Below are positions 1-8,214 of a DNA stretch of 27,214 nucleotides, one piece after another; position 1 is the first letter of the stretch, and every line of letters begins with the position of its first letter. The position numbers were made by a program, and so were the translations under genes. The notes beneath the pieces were generated by a model. That model searched no databases. It had not been told where the DNA came from and was given only the letters and a program-made list of their open reading frames with translations. The stretch is taken from positions 1 through 27,214 of IMG/VR virus record IMGVR_UViG_3300032293_001397. One strand, written 5' to 3'. The stretch is from a virus (lineage: Duplodnaviria > Caudoviricetes).

Positions 1-59
1 GCAAGAAGCCAGCCAAATGAAAGTAGGCTGGCAAGTAGTAATCTAAACTTTCTGCTCAA
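1..59 (-). CDS. 5' end of a secreted/membrane protein, truncated by the window edge
   Basis: GGAG RBS then TTG start, reading MSRKFRLLLASLLSFGWLL (signal-peptide-like); lies downstream of a TGATATAAT promoter; not in the ORF track. Confidence 0.6.
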   Translation of the reverse strand, partial: MSRKFRLLLASLLSFGWLL

Positions 60-100
60 TTAGGATCTCCTAAGTAACACACTTGTTGCATTACATAGTA

Positions 101-109
101 ATTATATCA
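101..109 (-). promoter_or_regulatory. Extended -10 promoter element
   Basis: TGATATAAT on the minus strand in an intergenic gap. Confidence 0.6.
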
Positions 110-123
110 GATTTAAGTTTTAA

Positions 124-312
124 TTACTTAGGATTATCGGTTTTATAAAAGCCTTGGCCCTTAAATTGTACGCCAAATGTGGTGAAGTGTCTAGCCATCA
201 AAGACTCACACTCTTCACAGACATATCCTGGGTCATTCTCAGAGATAGATCTTGTCACAGAAAGAAGTGCATGTGACTCATCTTCTGTGCATTTATACTC
301 ATATACTGGCAT
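124..312 (-). CDS. FmdB-family zinc-ribbon protein
   Basis: MPxYEYxC ... CxxC ... FKGxGFYxTD signature. Confidence 0.85.
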   Translation of the reverse strand: MPVYEYKCTEDESHALLSVTRSISENDPGYVCEECESLMARHFTTFGVQFKGQGFYKTDNPK

Positions 313-892
313 TATTAGAATTAACCCCTATCATTGGCATAACGTCTATAAGTAAATGTACTCTATTTTCAACACCTTCATTTTTAACAGAATGTGGTTT
401 AGAATTATTAATTTCCCAACACTCTCCCGCCTTCATATTTTTTACTTCATCTCCTACCTGGAAATAAACATTTTTATTTGTAATAATTGGTATATGAAAT
501 CTTCTAACTATATCCAAATAATCCCCACTGTCTTGATGTTGCAATATCTCTTTATTTCCTGGAAGATTAATCAAAACTACCTTACCCATTTTTCCACCAA
601 TAATTGATTCTAAATAATTTACTATTGGCTTAATAATTTGCCACAATTCTATATCTAAACATCTATATTCTGGCATGTATTTATCTTCATACTGCCAGTC
701 ATTTGAGTGTTCAATTAAAAAATATGTATTGGTGCTTGTATGAGGCCAATACATGTCTTGACGAGAAGTATCAATAAACCACTCGGAATTAAATAATCTA
801 ACTTTATTCTCTATTTCTGAAATGTCAAAAGTTTTATGAAGTTTAAAATTAAATTCTTCATTTTGTTTATTAAAATATCCTACACTTCGCAT
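299..892 (-). CDS. Aspartyl/asparaginyl beta-hydroxylase-like Fe(II)/2OG oxygenase
   Basis: HQD, RFHIPI and WEINNSKPHSVKN..RVHLLID motifs. Confidence 0.8.
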   Translation of the reverse strand: MRSVGYFNKQNEEFNFKLHKTFDISEIENKVRLFNSEWFIDTSRQDMYWPHTSTNTYFLIEHSNDWQYEDKYMPEYRCLDIELWQIIKPIVNYLESIIGGKMGKVVLINLPGNKEILQHQDSGDYLDIVRRFHIPIITNKNVYFQVGDEVKNMKAGECWEINNSKPHSVKNEGVENRVHLLIDVMPMIGVNSNNASI

Positions 893-915
893 TATTAAGA
901 TGCCTTTCTTTTAAT

Positions 916-962
916 GAGCCTTTTAAAGACTTGCTCAGGTCTCCTTCGGTAGCGAATCGAAG
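916..962 (-). ncRNA. Candidate structured RNA: hairpin plus H-type pseudoknot
   Basis: CTTCG-ATTCGCTAC-CGAAG hairpin followed by AGAC-CT-GAGC-AA-GTCT-TTAAAAG-GCTC (stems AGAC/GTCT and GAGC/GCTC). Confidence 0.4.
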
Positions 963-963
963 A

Positions 964-1380
964 TTATTTAATTTTTATAATCTTTGGCTTCTTTTCTGCT
1001 GGAACATTTCTAATTACTCTGATATGTAGCATACCATCTTTAAGTTCAACATTAGAAACTTCCATGTACTCACTTAGTTCAAAGATTCTAGTAAATTTAC
1101 GTGCAGCTATTCCTTTATGAACAACCTCTGCATCAATTACCTCTGTGATTTCACCAGTAATCCAAAGACTTCCGTCCTCTATAGATACTGTTAAATCATC
1201 TTTTGTAAACCCAGCAACCGCTAGAGTTAGCTGATAGCTATCTTCGTCTATCTTAAGTAAATCATACGGCGGGAAAGCAGTATTGTTTACCCTACTTAGA
1301 CTATTAAATCGTTCCAACTCTCGGTTGAAACCAATAAAAAATGGATCCTTAAAAAGATCCATAGCAAATTGTGTTACCAT
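964..1380 (-). CDS. hsp20: Small heat shock protein (Hsp20/IbpA family)
   Basis: FPPYDL, LAVAGF, HKGIAARKFTRIF, LKDGML alpha-crystallin motifs. Confidence 0.93.
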   Translation of the reverse strand: MVTQFAMDLFKDPFFIGFNRELERFNSLSRVNNTAFPPYDLLKIDEDSYQLTLAVAGFTKDDLTVSIEDGSLWITGEITEVIDAEVVHKGIAARKFTRIFELSEYMEVSNVELKDGMLHIRVIRNVPAEKKPKIIKIK

Positions 1381-1433
1381 TTTATTCCTCCTTCAAGCGA
1401 ATAAGTTATATTAGACCCTCTATTGAGCAGTCT
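1381..1433 (-). promoter_or_regulatory. ROSE-like RNA thermometer in the hsp20 5' UTR
   Basis: Two hairpins; the second, UUAUUC-G-CUU-GAAG-GAG-GAAUAA, pairs UUCGCUU against the SD with a bulged G. Confidence 0.6.
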
Positions 1434-1439
1434 TGATAT

Positions 1440-1468
1440 ATTATATCAAAGTATTTTTATATTGTCTA
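1440..1468 (-). promoter_or_regulatory. Sigma70-type promoter of hsp20
   Basis: TAGACA-17 bp-TATAAT with TG extension. Confidence 0.7.
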
Positions 1469-1480
1469 TTACATTATATC

Positions 1481-2038
1481 TTATTTGTTATAGCCAAGAG
1501 CTATTCCAGCTCTTGGACCTTCATTGTAAACCGAGTGTAATACTCCTACTGGTATTACTATTACATCTCCAGGCTCCAAATAGAAAGTTTGTTCTGGGGT
1601 GTCATCATGCTCTTTTAAATTTATTGTCCACCTTGCTGTGCCCAAGCAATGCCAAAAAACGCTATCCCATTTATCAGCATGCATTGGAACTAATGGCTGC
1701 CGTCCAACAAAATTTATAAATGATGCACCCCCACCAGTTTTTTCATTATACACCTCATTGAATAATGACATAAACTTATCTACTTGCGGAAGTCCTTCTG
1801 AATTTTTTTCATACCTAACCTGAAAATAAAGATCAAATCCCTCCTTCATCATTATTCCGCCAAAATAGTTAAAGGTCTTATTTTTTTCTTTTTCTGAAAA
1901 ATCAATTTTATATTCAAAGTCCATATGATTTATAAAATTATCCCAAGAAGGGGTCTCTGGAATTAAATTTTTAAATAAAGCTGCTATTCTTTTTTCTCTA
2001 GCGTATTCTATTTTTTTCTTTATTTCTAAAGCATTCAT
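1481..2038 (-). CDS. JmjC/cupin-like oxygenase
   Basis: MHADKWD (HxD) and LEPGDVIVIPVGVLHSV cupin motifs. Confidence 0.75.
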   Translation of the reverse strand: MNALEIKKKIEYAREKRIAALFKNLIPETPSWDNFINHMDFEYKIDFSEKEKNKTFNYFGGIMMKEGFDLYFQVRYEKNSEGLPQVDKFMSLFNEVYNEKTGGGASFINFVGRQPLVPMHADKWDSVFWHCLGTARWTINLKEHDDTPEQTFYLEPGDVIVIPVGVLHSVYNEGPRAGIALGYNK

Positions 2039-2059
2039 GTCTTCCCCTTAATTAAATTT

Positions 2060-2713
2060 TTATTTAGGCATTAAAACAATAGAGTCTACTGAAACTTTAG
2101 GTGGCAAAGAAGATATCCATCTGACTGCCTCACCAACATCTTCAACTTCAATTGCCCTATTTATTCTGTTATTTTCATTGCTATTAACCATTCCTGGAGC
2201 AATTTCAGTTACTCTAATGGGTGTATCAATTAGTTCCATCTGTAACTGTTTTATCAGAGCTACGGCTGCGTGTTTAGCAGTAGTGTAATTTCCACCGCCT
2301 TCATAAAATTCATGGCCTACAATTGAAGTAATAATAATAATTAATCCTTTATCATTCTTTAACATATTTGGTATAACACCTTTACACAATTGCATTGGTG
2401 CTAAAACGTTTAAGTTATAAGACTCTTTCCATTTAATAGGATCTGCATCTTTTATATTTGCATGCTCAAAATTACTTCCAGCATTATTTACTAAAAGATC
2501 TATATCTTTATCGCTTAAAAATTCTATAAATTTATTTACATCACTTAAATTTGTAACGTCAAGCTGATAAGGTAGTATATTTTCATTTTTTAATTCTTTT
2601 ATTTTTTCGATATTTCTAGCAACTGCTATTACCTTCCACCCATCTAGCAATAGTTTATTTACTATGCCTACGCCTATTCCTCTACTGGCGCCAGTTACAA
2701 CTGCTGTCTTCAT
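2060..2713 (-). CDS. Short-chain dehydrogenase/reductase
   Basis: TGASRGIG, NNAG, YTTAK (YxxxK); start moved to MKTAVV, which follows a TAAGGAG RBS. Confidence 0.92.
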   Translation of the reverse strand: MKTAVVTGASRGIGVGIVNKLLLDGWKVIAVARNIEKIKELKNENILPYQLDVTNLSDVNKFIEFLSDKDIDLLVNNAGSNFEHANIKDADPIKWKESYNLNVLAPMQLCKGVIPNMLKNDKGLIIIITSIVGHEFYEGGGNYTTAKHAAVALIKQLQMELIDTPIRVTEIAPGMVNSNENNRINRAIEVEDVGEAVRWISSLPPKVSVDSIVLMPK

Positions 2714-2778
2714 TTGTATGCTCCTTAAGTGCATGTTTATTGTAAAAAATATATGTTAAATTTAAAATAAAATAAAAG

Positions 2779-3183
2779 TTATATCTTTTTAGATCTAATT
2801 TTAGCTAAAGCCTGAAAGTCTTTTACTTTTGTGTCTCCTAGATATCCCCAGGCGTAGCCCTCAGCAATCATCTGCTCATTTATAGAAACACTTGATCCAT
2901 CTAAATATACCCAGCCTAATATTCTTCCATATTTTTCTGAGCTATCCATTTTTTCTGTTTTTATCACAACGGTTTTAGCATCTTTAATTTTAGACTTAAG
3001 AAATTCTTTTGACTCAAGACCTAAAACTTTTTCTGCTTTATCTGATGTGCGACTTTCTGGAGTATCTATTCCAGCAAGTCTCACTCTTTGAGAATAAGAT
3101 ATACTGAATCCTAAATCAATGTCAACATCAATTGTGTCTCCGTCAACAACATTAGTAACCTTTTTTACATAATATTCAAACAT
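2779..3183 (-). CDS. Thermonuclease (SNase family)
   Basis: VVDGDT, VRLAGIDTPE, KYGRILG. Confidence 0.92.
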   Translation of the reverse strand: MFEYYVKKVTNVVDGDTIDVDIDLGFSISYSQRVRLAGIDTPESRTSDKAEKVLGLESKEFLKSKIKDAKTVVIKTEKMDSSEKYGRILGWVYLDGSSVSINEQMIAEGYAWGYLGDTKVKDFQALAKIRSKKI

Positions 3184-3806
3184 TACTTTGCTACAGGAGG
3201 CTTAGCTCCGCCACCTTTAGTTGCAGGTTTAGTTGCAGGCTTAGCTGCTGCTTTCTTGATTTGAGTTGCTGCTTTTGGCTTAACTGCTTGTCCAAATGCT
3301 GGTCTTCCAAATCCTACAATGAATACTGGCTGGCTCTTGCGAAGTTTTGAACCATTCTTCTTCTTGTATGCACGATTCTTAAGACAAGCTTCTCCGCCAT
3401 TTCTCTGATCTCCCTTTTTATCTGCCGAAGTATTTCCTTCTGCAACGTCTACCGTTCCATCTGCATTCACTGCAGTAACAATTCCTACGTGAGAAATTCT
3501 ATCGACGCCATCATTTGGGAAATCAAAATAACATATATCTCCAACTGCTGGGGCTGCTGTTTCTACTGGCTGCCATGTTCCTGCCTTAATAAATGCTTGT
3601 GCTCCTGCTGGAGTATAAACTGTATTTGGAACTTTTACTCCTGCTTCGTTAGCACACCACATTACGAATGATCCACACCATGGCTGAAAGTTAGCTTTAG
3701 CAAACTTTCCATACTTTGTTTCGTTATCTTTTGGACCTTCAATATATCCAATTTCGCCTAGTGCTACTTCTACTAGTCTTGCTGCTGATCCCTGTACTGC
3801 TGTCAT
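3183..3806 (-). CDS. CHAP-domain amidase/peptidase (possible endolysin) with Ala/Lys/Pro-rich tail
   Basis: PWCGSFV, SHVGIV, EGNT catalytic motifs. Confidence 0.85.
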   Translation of the reverse strand: MTAVQGSAARLVEVALGEIGYIEGPKDNETKYGKFAKANFQPWCGSFVMWCANEAGVKVPNTVYTPAGAQAFIKAGTWQPVETAAPAVGDICYFDFPNDGVDRISHVGIVTAVNADGTVDVAEGNTSADKKGDQRNGGEACLKNRAYKKKNGSKLRKSQPVFIVGFGRPAFGQAVKPKAATQIKKAAAKPATKPATKGGGAKPPVAK

Positions 3807-3838
3807 TTTGATTTCCTCCCAGAAATTTTATTATATTT

Positions 3839-3847
3839 ATTATACCA
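3839..3847 (-). promoter_or_regulatory. Extended -10 promoter element upstream of the CHAP gene
   Basis: TGGTATAAT. Confidence 0.6.
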
Positions 3848-3859
3848 TTTAATATTTTG

Positions 3860-3932
3860 TGCCCTCGGCTGGAATCGAACCAGCGACCTGCGGATTAGAA
3901 GTCCGTCGCTCTATCCCCTGAGCTACGGGGGC
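3860..3932 (-). tRNA. tRNA-Arg (TCT)
   Basis: Cloverleaf GCCCCCG TA GCTC..GAGC G ACGGA CTTCTAA TCCGC AGGTC GCTGG TTCGATT CCAGC CGAGGGC A; CCA not encoded. Confidence 0.93.
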
Positions 3933-3941
3933 ATTATAAGA

Positions 3942-4493
3942 CTACCTCGGAACTTTAATTCTCTGATATAAAAAGTTTGGATGGCTGTACCTGAAGTCTG
4001 AACTCACCTCTAATACTTCATGCATACAATGCTCTTCTGCACTATGTATTACTAAATCCCCAGCCTCTGGTTTATAAATAATATTCTGATTGATATATCG
4101 TAATTCTCCACCTTCAAAATCATTCAGGTAGACAACTATTCCATATTTATTATCTGGAACTAAGTCAAAATCTTGCCCCTCCACAAAAGACTCGCTGGCC
4201 TTCCTGATATCTAAAAAATCATGATTATCAGAATGTGGTCCATGTATATCACCACGTTTTAATCTAACAAAAAACTCTGTTTCTCCCACACTATAAGACA
4301 TATCCACGTTTTCTCGAATTCTGTCACGAATCATCTTGGTTTGATCAACCCTTACGCTATTTCTTCCAAACCATTTATCCTCTGGAATTTTACTAACAAA
4401 ATCTGTTAAATATTTTGTTTCTTCGGGAAAAAGAAAATTTTTAAAAACGTATATATCATTTCCTATTTCTTTAAAATTCTCATTAAAATTCAT
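3942..4493 (-). CDS. 2OG-Fe(II) oxygenase, prolyl 4-hydroxylase-like
   Basis: PHSD, VVYLNDFEGGEL, MHEV....RY. Confidence 0.85.
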   Translation of the reverse strand: MNFNENFKEIGNDIYVFKNFLFPEETKYLTDFVSKIPEDKWFGRNSVRVDQTKMIRDRIRENVDMSYSVGETEFFVRLKRGDIHGPHSDNHDFLDIRKASESFVEGQDFDLVPDNKYGIVVYLNDFEGGELRYINQNIIYKPEAGDLVIHSAEEHCMHEVLEVSSDFRYSHPNFLYQRIKVPR

Positions 4494-4797
4494 TTTTATT
4501 TATCTCTTCATCTTCTATAGGAATTATCCCATACCCTTTTGCAACAGATTTTCCCTCTTCGGTTAATTCAAATTCTGCTTCTAAATTTTCGTTATATGTT
4601 ATATTGACTAAGCCCATATCAAAAAGTTCCATAAATATTTTATCTATTTCTTCTACATGAACCTCCCATAGCTCTGGGGCAAGCTCCTTTGCTAGATCAG
4701 TTATTTTAAATATAAACTCACCATCTTCTTCTATACCAACAACTTCAATAACACCCATTTGAAGATACTCGTACATCTTGTCGTCGCTGTCTTCCAT
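4483..4797 (-). CDS. Hypothetical acidic protein
   Basis: ORF restarted at MEDSDD (GAAAGG RBS), which removes the overlap with tRNA-Leu. Confidence 0.7.
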   Translation of the reverse strand: MEDSDDKMYEYLQMGVIEVVGIEEDGEFIFKITDLAKELAPELWEVHVEEIDKIFMELFDMGLVNITYNENLEAEFELTEEGKSVAKGYGIIPIEDEEINKNEF

Positions 4798-4810
4798 GTC
4801 TACCTTTCTG

Positions 4811-4883
4811 TACCCCCAGTGGGATTCGAACCTACGCTGGATGGATTTTAAGTCCACTGCCTCTACCGCTGGGCTATGAGGGC
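4811..4883 (-). tRNA. tRNA-Leu (TAA) with short variable loop
   Basis: GCCCTCA TA GCC..GGC A GTGGA CTTAAAA TCCAT CCAGC GTAGG TTCGAAT CCCAC TGGGGGT A; 73 nt. Confidence 0.85.
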
Positions 4884-4891
4884 CTAACGTA

Positions 4892-4900
4892 ATTGTATCA
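4892..4900 (-). promoter_or_regulatory. Extended -10 promoter element upstream of tRNA-Leu
   Basis: TGATACAAT, 8 nt before the tRNA 5' end. Confidence 0.55.
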
Positions 4901-4927
4901 GATATTTTAAAATATTTAAAGAGATTT

Positions 4928-5512
4928 TTAAAGATTTATGCATCTTGATCTTGCAATTGAGTATAGTCTATAGTGCTCAGAAAGATCCATCTGCTTTATA
5001 TAATCTAAATTATTTATATACTTTGAGTTAGTCTTAGAAGAAATTAACTTAAATGTATTTTGTGTTTCTTTATACCAATCCTCGTAGTCAGAAAAAGAAT
5101 CTGATTTAATGTCTAAGGTTCCATTAAATTTTTCACAGATGTATTTTACAATTATTTCTGTGTTTTCTTTTAAATCTTCAAATTTAAAAAATGTTGAACA
5201 GTTTTCTAGGATAAACCTATAATGGTCTAGGTATTGCTGTGCTCTATAAATAAACATGCCATTGTCTTCCATTGTATTGATTGATGAAAGGCAGTCTACT
5301 GGATTTCTTACTACTGTTATTATTGGGTCAGACAAAATTTTTTGATAAAGTGTTTCGGTAGGATCATTTGCTTCTTTTATGTCATAGTGTGCAAAGTTGA
5401 CCTTTAAATCTGTATTTGTATTGATATACCAGTATAACCAATGTCTTCCAGATCTAGGGTATGTCAACATAGATATATTATTATCTTCACTTATTTCTAA
5501 AATGTTCAACAA
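4928..5512 (-). CDS. Sulfotransferase-like P-loop protein
   Basis: TYPRSG..WL (5'-PSB loop-like), VRNPVDCLSS (3'-PB-like), FEDL. Confidence 0.7.
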   Translation of the reverse strand: MLNILEISEDNNISMLTYPRSGRHWLYWYINTNTDLKVNFAHYDIKEANDPTETLYQKILSDPIITVVRNPVDCLSSINTMEDNGMFIYRAQQYLDHYRFILENCSTFFKFEDLKENTEIIVKYICEKFNGTLDIKSDSFSDYEDWYKETQNTFKLISSKTNSKYINNLDYIKQMDLSEHYRLYSIARSRCINL

Positions 5513-5525
5513 CTCCTTTAATATG

Positions 5526-5599
5526 TGCGGAATGTAGGACTTGAACCTACGATTACCGAATTATGAGTTCGGGGCTTTAACCAACTAAGCTAATTCCGC
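5526..5599 (-). tRNA. tRNA with CAT anticodon (Ile2 or elongator Met)
   Basis: GCGGAAT TA GCTT..AAGC C CCGAA CTCATAA TTCGG TAATC GTAGG TTCAAGT CCTAC ATTCCGC A; paired 1:72 and no GGG/CCC anticodon stem, so not an initiator. Confidence 0.92.
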
Positions 5600-5612
5600 C
5601 TGACTAAGATAT

Positions 5613-5642
5613 ATTATATCGTCCTGTCTTCCTTTTTGTCAA
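5613..5642 (-). promoter_or_regulatory. Consensus sigma70-type promoter for the tRNA region
   Basis: TTGACA-18 bp-TATAAT inside the 3' end of the upstream ORF. Confidence 0.7.
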
Positions 5643-5862
5643 TGGTGGACTCGACTATTTGTTGAACATAGTCTGAAAAATGTTTTCTTACAGAGCCGTG
5701 TGGCCTAGACCCATAAGACACCCACAGCCTTTTATATTCTGCAATGTTTGCAAATGTGGTTGGGCATACTGTTATCCCTTCGTACTCTTTAAGTATTGTC
5801 GGCAGCGGAACATGCTTACCGCAACACTTGCATTCTTTTGCTTTTTCTTGATACGTGCTCAT
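5614..5862 (-). CDS. Hypothetical Cys-containing protein
   Basis: ORF coupled to terL (ATGA overlap); CKCC...CP. Confidence 0.7.
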   Translation of the reverse strand: MSTYQEKAKECKCCGKHVPLPTILKEYEGITVCPTTFANIAEYKRLWVSYGSRPHGSVRKHFSDYVQQIVESTIDKKEDRTI

Positions 5863-7682
5863 AGTATTTCCATATTCTCTAGTGCTCTTGACATTTTATC
5901 TATTTCCCCAGCCAATCTTTCAGGCATTCTCGGAGCCCTTATTAAATTATCTCTGTATACCTCTTGATCATCTTCTGCATAGTTATCTTCGACAAATGAC
6001 TCGTATGTATGAATACTCACTTCATCATTTACATTAGGTCTAGTTCTGCTAATTGAATTATATATGGCTCCGCATACAGCATCGGCTAAGTCCTTAGATC
6101 CTTTTCTTGGGTGGTCTACCCTATCTCTCATAATTTTAAGCTGGAGCAATTCATCTACAAGCAAGGGTATGTGAGGGCCATGAAGTCTTTCTTCTAGAAC
6201 CACCATAGCCATATCATCGTAATGTTTTTTAGCAACAGAAAGTATTTCTGTATTAATTCCATATTGTTTTAGCTGCTGCATCATGTCGTGTGAATTCCAT
6301 CTGTCAAATGTGCAGACCGTTATGTTAAATCCCCTAGTTCTTAAAGACAATATATAATCTTTAACTTCTGTAAAATCCACAGACTTATCTGGAGTTGGGG
6401 TCCAATATCTAACAGCATCAACTGAAACTATGGGCGCTGGCTGAGAATATTCATTAGTAACTCTTACGTTTACCCAATTTTCAACATGAGCCATTGCTAC
6501 TGCACAGTGGTCATGCTTTTGAGCTAAGTCTACATGCAAAAAATATTTTTTATCTGGATCTGGCTTAAACCACTCTTCAAGCCTTCCAAACTTATCCACA
6601 GCAAGCCCCGTATTATTAAAAGCTTTCTCTACTTTTTCTCTAGACTTAAAGAAAGCATCAATCATTTCTGGAGGCATGCATGCAAATCTTCCTAGTGCAT
6701 CCAGAGAGTTTTTATAAAAAGCTGTCTTAAAATCTTCTATGCTTCTAGTAGGATTTACCTCCCATGTTGGACGCCTTAAAGCATAAACCTTTGGTATCAA
6801 ATATGAATTAATGTGATCTTCTTCCCATTCAATTTCAAATTCGTTTCCCTCTGTTCCATCTGGCAAGTCTTCGTCCATCTTAAATTTATAAGACCTAATA
6901 ATAGTTTCTTTATCTGCAATTACAGAATTATAAAACTTTTGAATAGGATCATTTTTAAATCGTGGAAATGAAAGTAATATTACCTTTCCAAAGTCTGGGA
7001 AACGTGAGTCAACAGATGCACGATACATCTCATAAATAGCATCAGCTGTTTTAGCTTGGTCATGACCAGTCGTATTTTCAATTGCAAAACCTGAAATCTC
7101 ATCCAGAATAACAACAATTACGTTATAGCCTTCCCATGCCTCACGCTCTGAGTGACCAGAATGCACTGTTATAGCCTTATCAAATTTCATCTCAGAGGCT
7201 TTTGGGTCGTACTTACCAATAAACCATGGGGAACGCTCTATTCGTGTCTTAAAACCTTTAAAGAATACGTTGTTGGCCTGCTGTGAGTTTATCGCTATGT
7301 TAAGAATATCAATTGAGTCTCCAGGAGGCTTTCCATAATATGTTGCTGGATCCTTTAAACATAAAAGTAAATAAACAATATATGCAACAGCTATCGTAGA
7401 AGAATAATCTTTACCAGAGCCTTTTCCTAGCTGAGCAATAACTTCTGTGCATGTTTGCTTATATATTCTTTCCCCCTCTTGTTCTCCAAATAGTTTTTTT
7501 AGGGTGGCCTCTTTATAGATCTGAGAACTTTTTTCAATTAAAGTATATTGTAATTCAGAAAGTGGTGGCAGTCCTAGGTAATCTGGGCTAGTTACAAATG
7601 TTCGTAAATCTACTGGACGCTCTTCAAACTCTTCTCCGTCAAGTATGTCAATTAAATCATTAAAGCTAAATTCCACTGACAT
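5859..7682 (-). CDS. terL: Terminase large subunit
   Basis: Walker A GKGSGKD, Walker B VILDE, nuclease HVDLA and KDLADA; start set at MSVEF (GAGG RBS). Confidence 0.9.
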   Translation of the reverse strand: MSVEFSFNDLIDILDGEEFEERPVDLRTFVTSPDYLGLPPLSELQYTLIEKSSQIYKEATLKKLFGEQEGERIYKQTCTEVIAQLGKGSGKDYSSTIAVAYIVYLLLCLKDPATYYGKPPGDSIDILNIAINSQQANNVFFKGFKTRIERSPWFIGKYDPKASEMKFDKAITVHSGHSEREAWEGYNVIVVILDEISGFAIENTTGHDQAKTADAIYEMYRASVDSRFPDFGKVILLSFPRFKNDPIQKFYNSVIADKETIIRSYKFKMDEDLPDGTEGNEFEIEWEEDHINSYLIPKVYALRRPTWEVNPTRSIEDFKTAFYKNSLDALGRFACMPPEMIDAFFKSREKVEKAFNNTGLAVDKFGRLEEWFKPDPDKKYFLHVDLAQKHDHCAVAMAHVENWVNVRVTNEYSQPAPIVSVDAVRYWTPTPDKSVDFTEVKDYILSLRTRGFNITVCTFDRWNSHDMMQQLKQYGINTEILSVAKKHYDDMAMVVLEERLHGPHIPLLVDELLQLKIMRDRVDHPRKGSKDLADAVCGAIYNSISRTRPNVNDEVSIHTYESFVEDNYAEDDQEVYRDNLIRAPRMPERLAGEIDKMSRALENMEIL

Positions 7683-8208
7683 TTTCCTCAATGACTACTG
7701 CCTCTACAATTCCAGTAATTTGAGAAAGCCTTTTGGCAACTTCCATTTTACATTTTGGACAAGTAGAGGTAACTTCTTTTAATATCTTAACAAGCACCTC
7801 TTGTTTTCTTTCCGCCTCTGCAACTTGTGTGGCAAGTTCGTTATTTTCAAGAACGCCGACAGACTGAAGCATTGCAATTCTTTTAGTCTCTATATCTGCA
7901 ATAAGCTTAAGTGCTCCAGATTTAATTGCTAATTGTCCAGATTGATCTGCCTCATCAACTGTCTTCCACGCTTCTTTGATAAGCATTGCATAATGCTGGT
8001 CTGCACCAGAAATAGCCTCTTTTGCTCTATCACGAACAGCATTGTCATTATGAACAATGTTCTTCCATTCATCTATAAGCTCGACCACTTCTTTTCTCTG
8101 AAGCCCAGTTATAGTTGCAATTTGGGTAGGGTTATTTCCCTGTAGTAATTTTTCTACTACATTATTCATTCTATCCATGTGCTGAGGAAGATCAATTTCC
8201 ATTGTCAT
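7666..8208 (-). CDS. Probable terminase small subunit
   Basis: N-terminal HTH, helical body, directly upstream of and overlapping terL. Confidence 0.6.
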   Translation of the reverse strand: MTMEIDLPQHMDRMNNVVEKLLQGNNPTQIATITGLQRKEVVELIDEWKNIVHNDNAVRDRAKEAISGADQHYAMLIKEAWKTVDEADQSGQLAIKSGALKLIADIETKRIAMLQSVGVLENNELATQVAEAERKQEVLVKILKEVTSTCPKCKMEVAKRLSQITGIVEAVVIEENVSGI

Positions 8209-8214
8209 TCTATA

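Noticed and set aside
8-32. GCCAGCC/GGCTGGC inverted repeat as a terminator
   Set aside because: It lies within a signal-peptide-coding start, has an 11-nt loop and lacks a good U-tract.
1381-1480. CIRCE or HAIR heat-shock operator at hsp20
   Set aside because: Neither TTAGCACTC-N9-GAGTGCTAA nor CTTGAGT-N7-ACTCAAG is present.
4798-4857. CDS overlapping tRNA-Leu
   Set aside because: A downstream ATG at 4797 has an RBS and removes the overlap.
3860-5599. tRNAs as prophage attachment sites
   Set aside because: No integrase, no duplicated tRNA 3' end and no host-like flanking DNA in the window.
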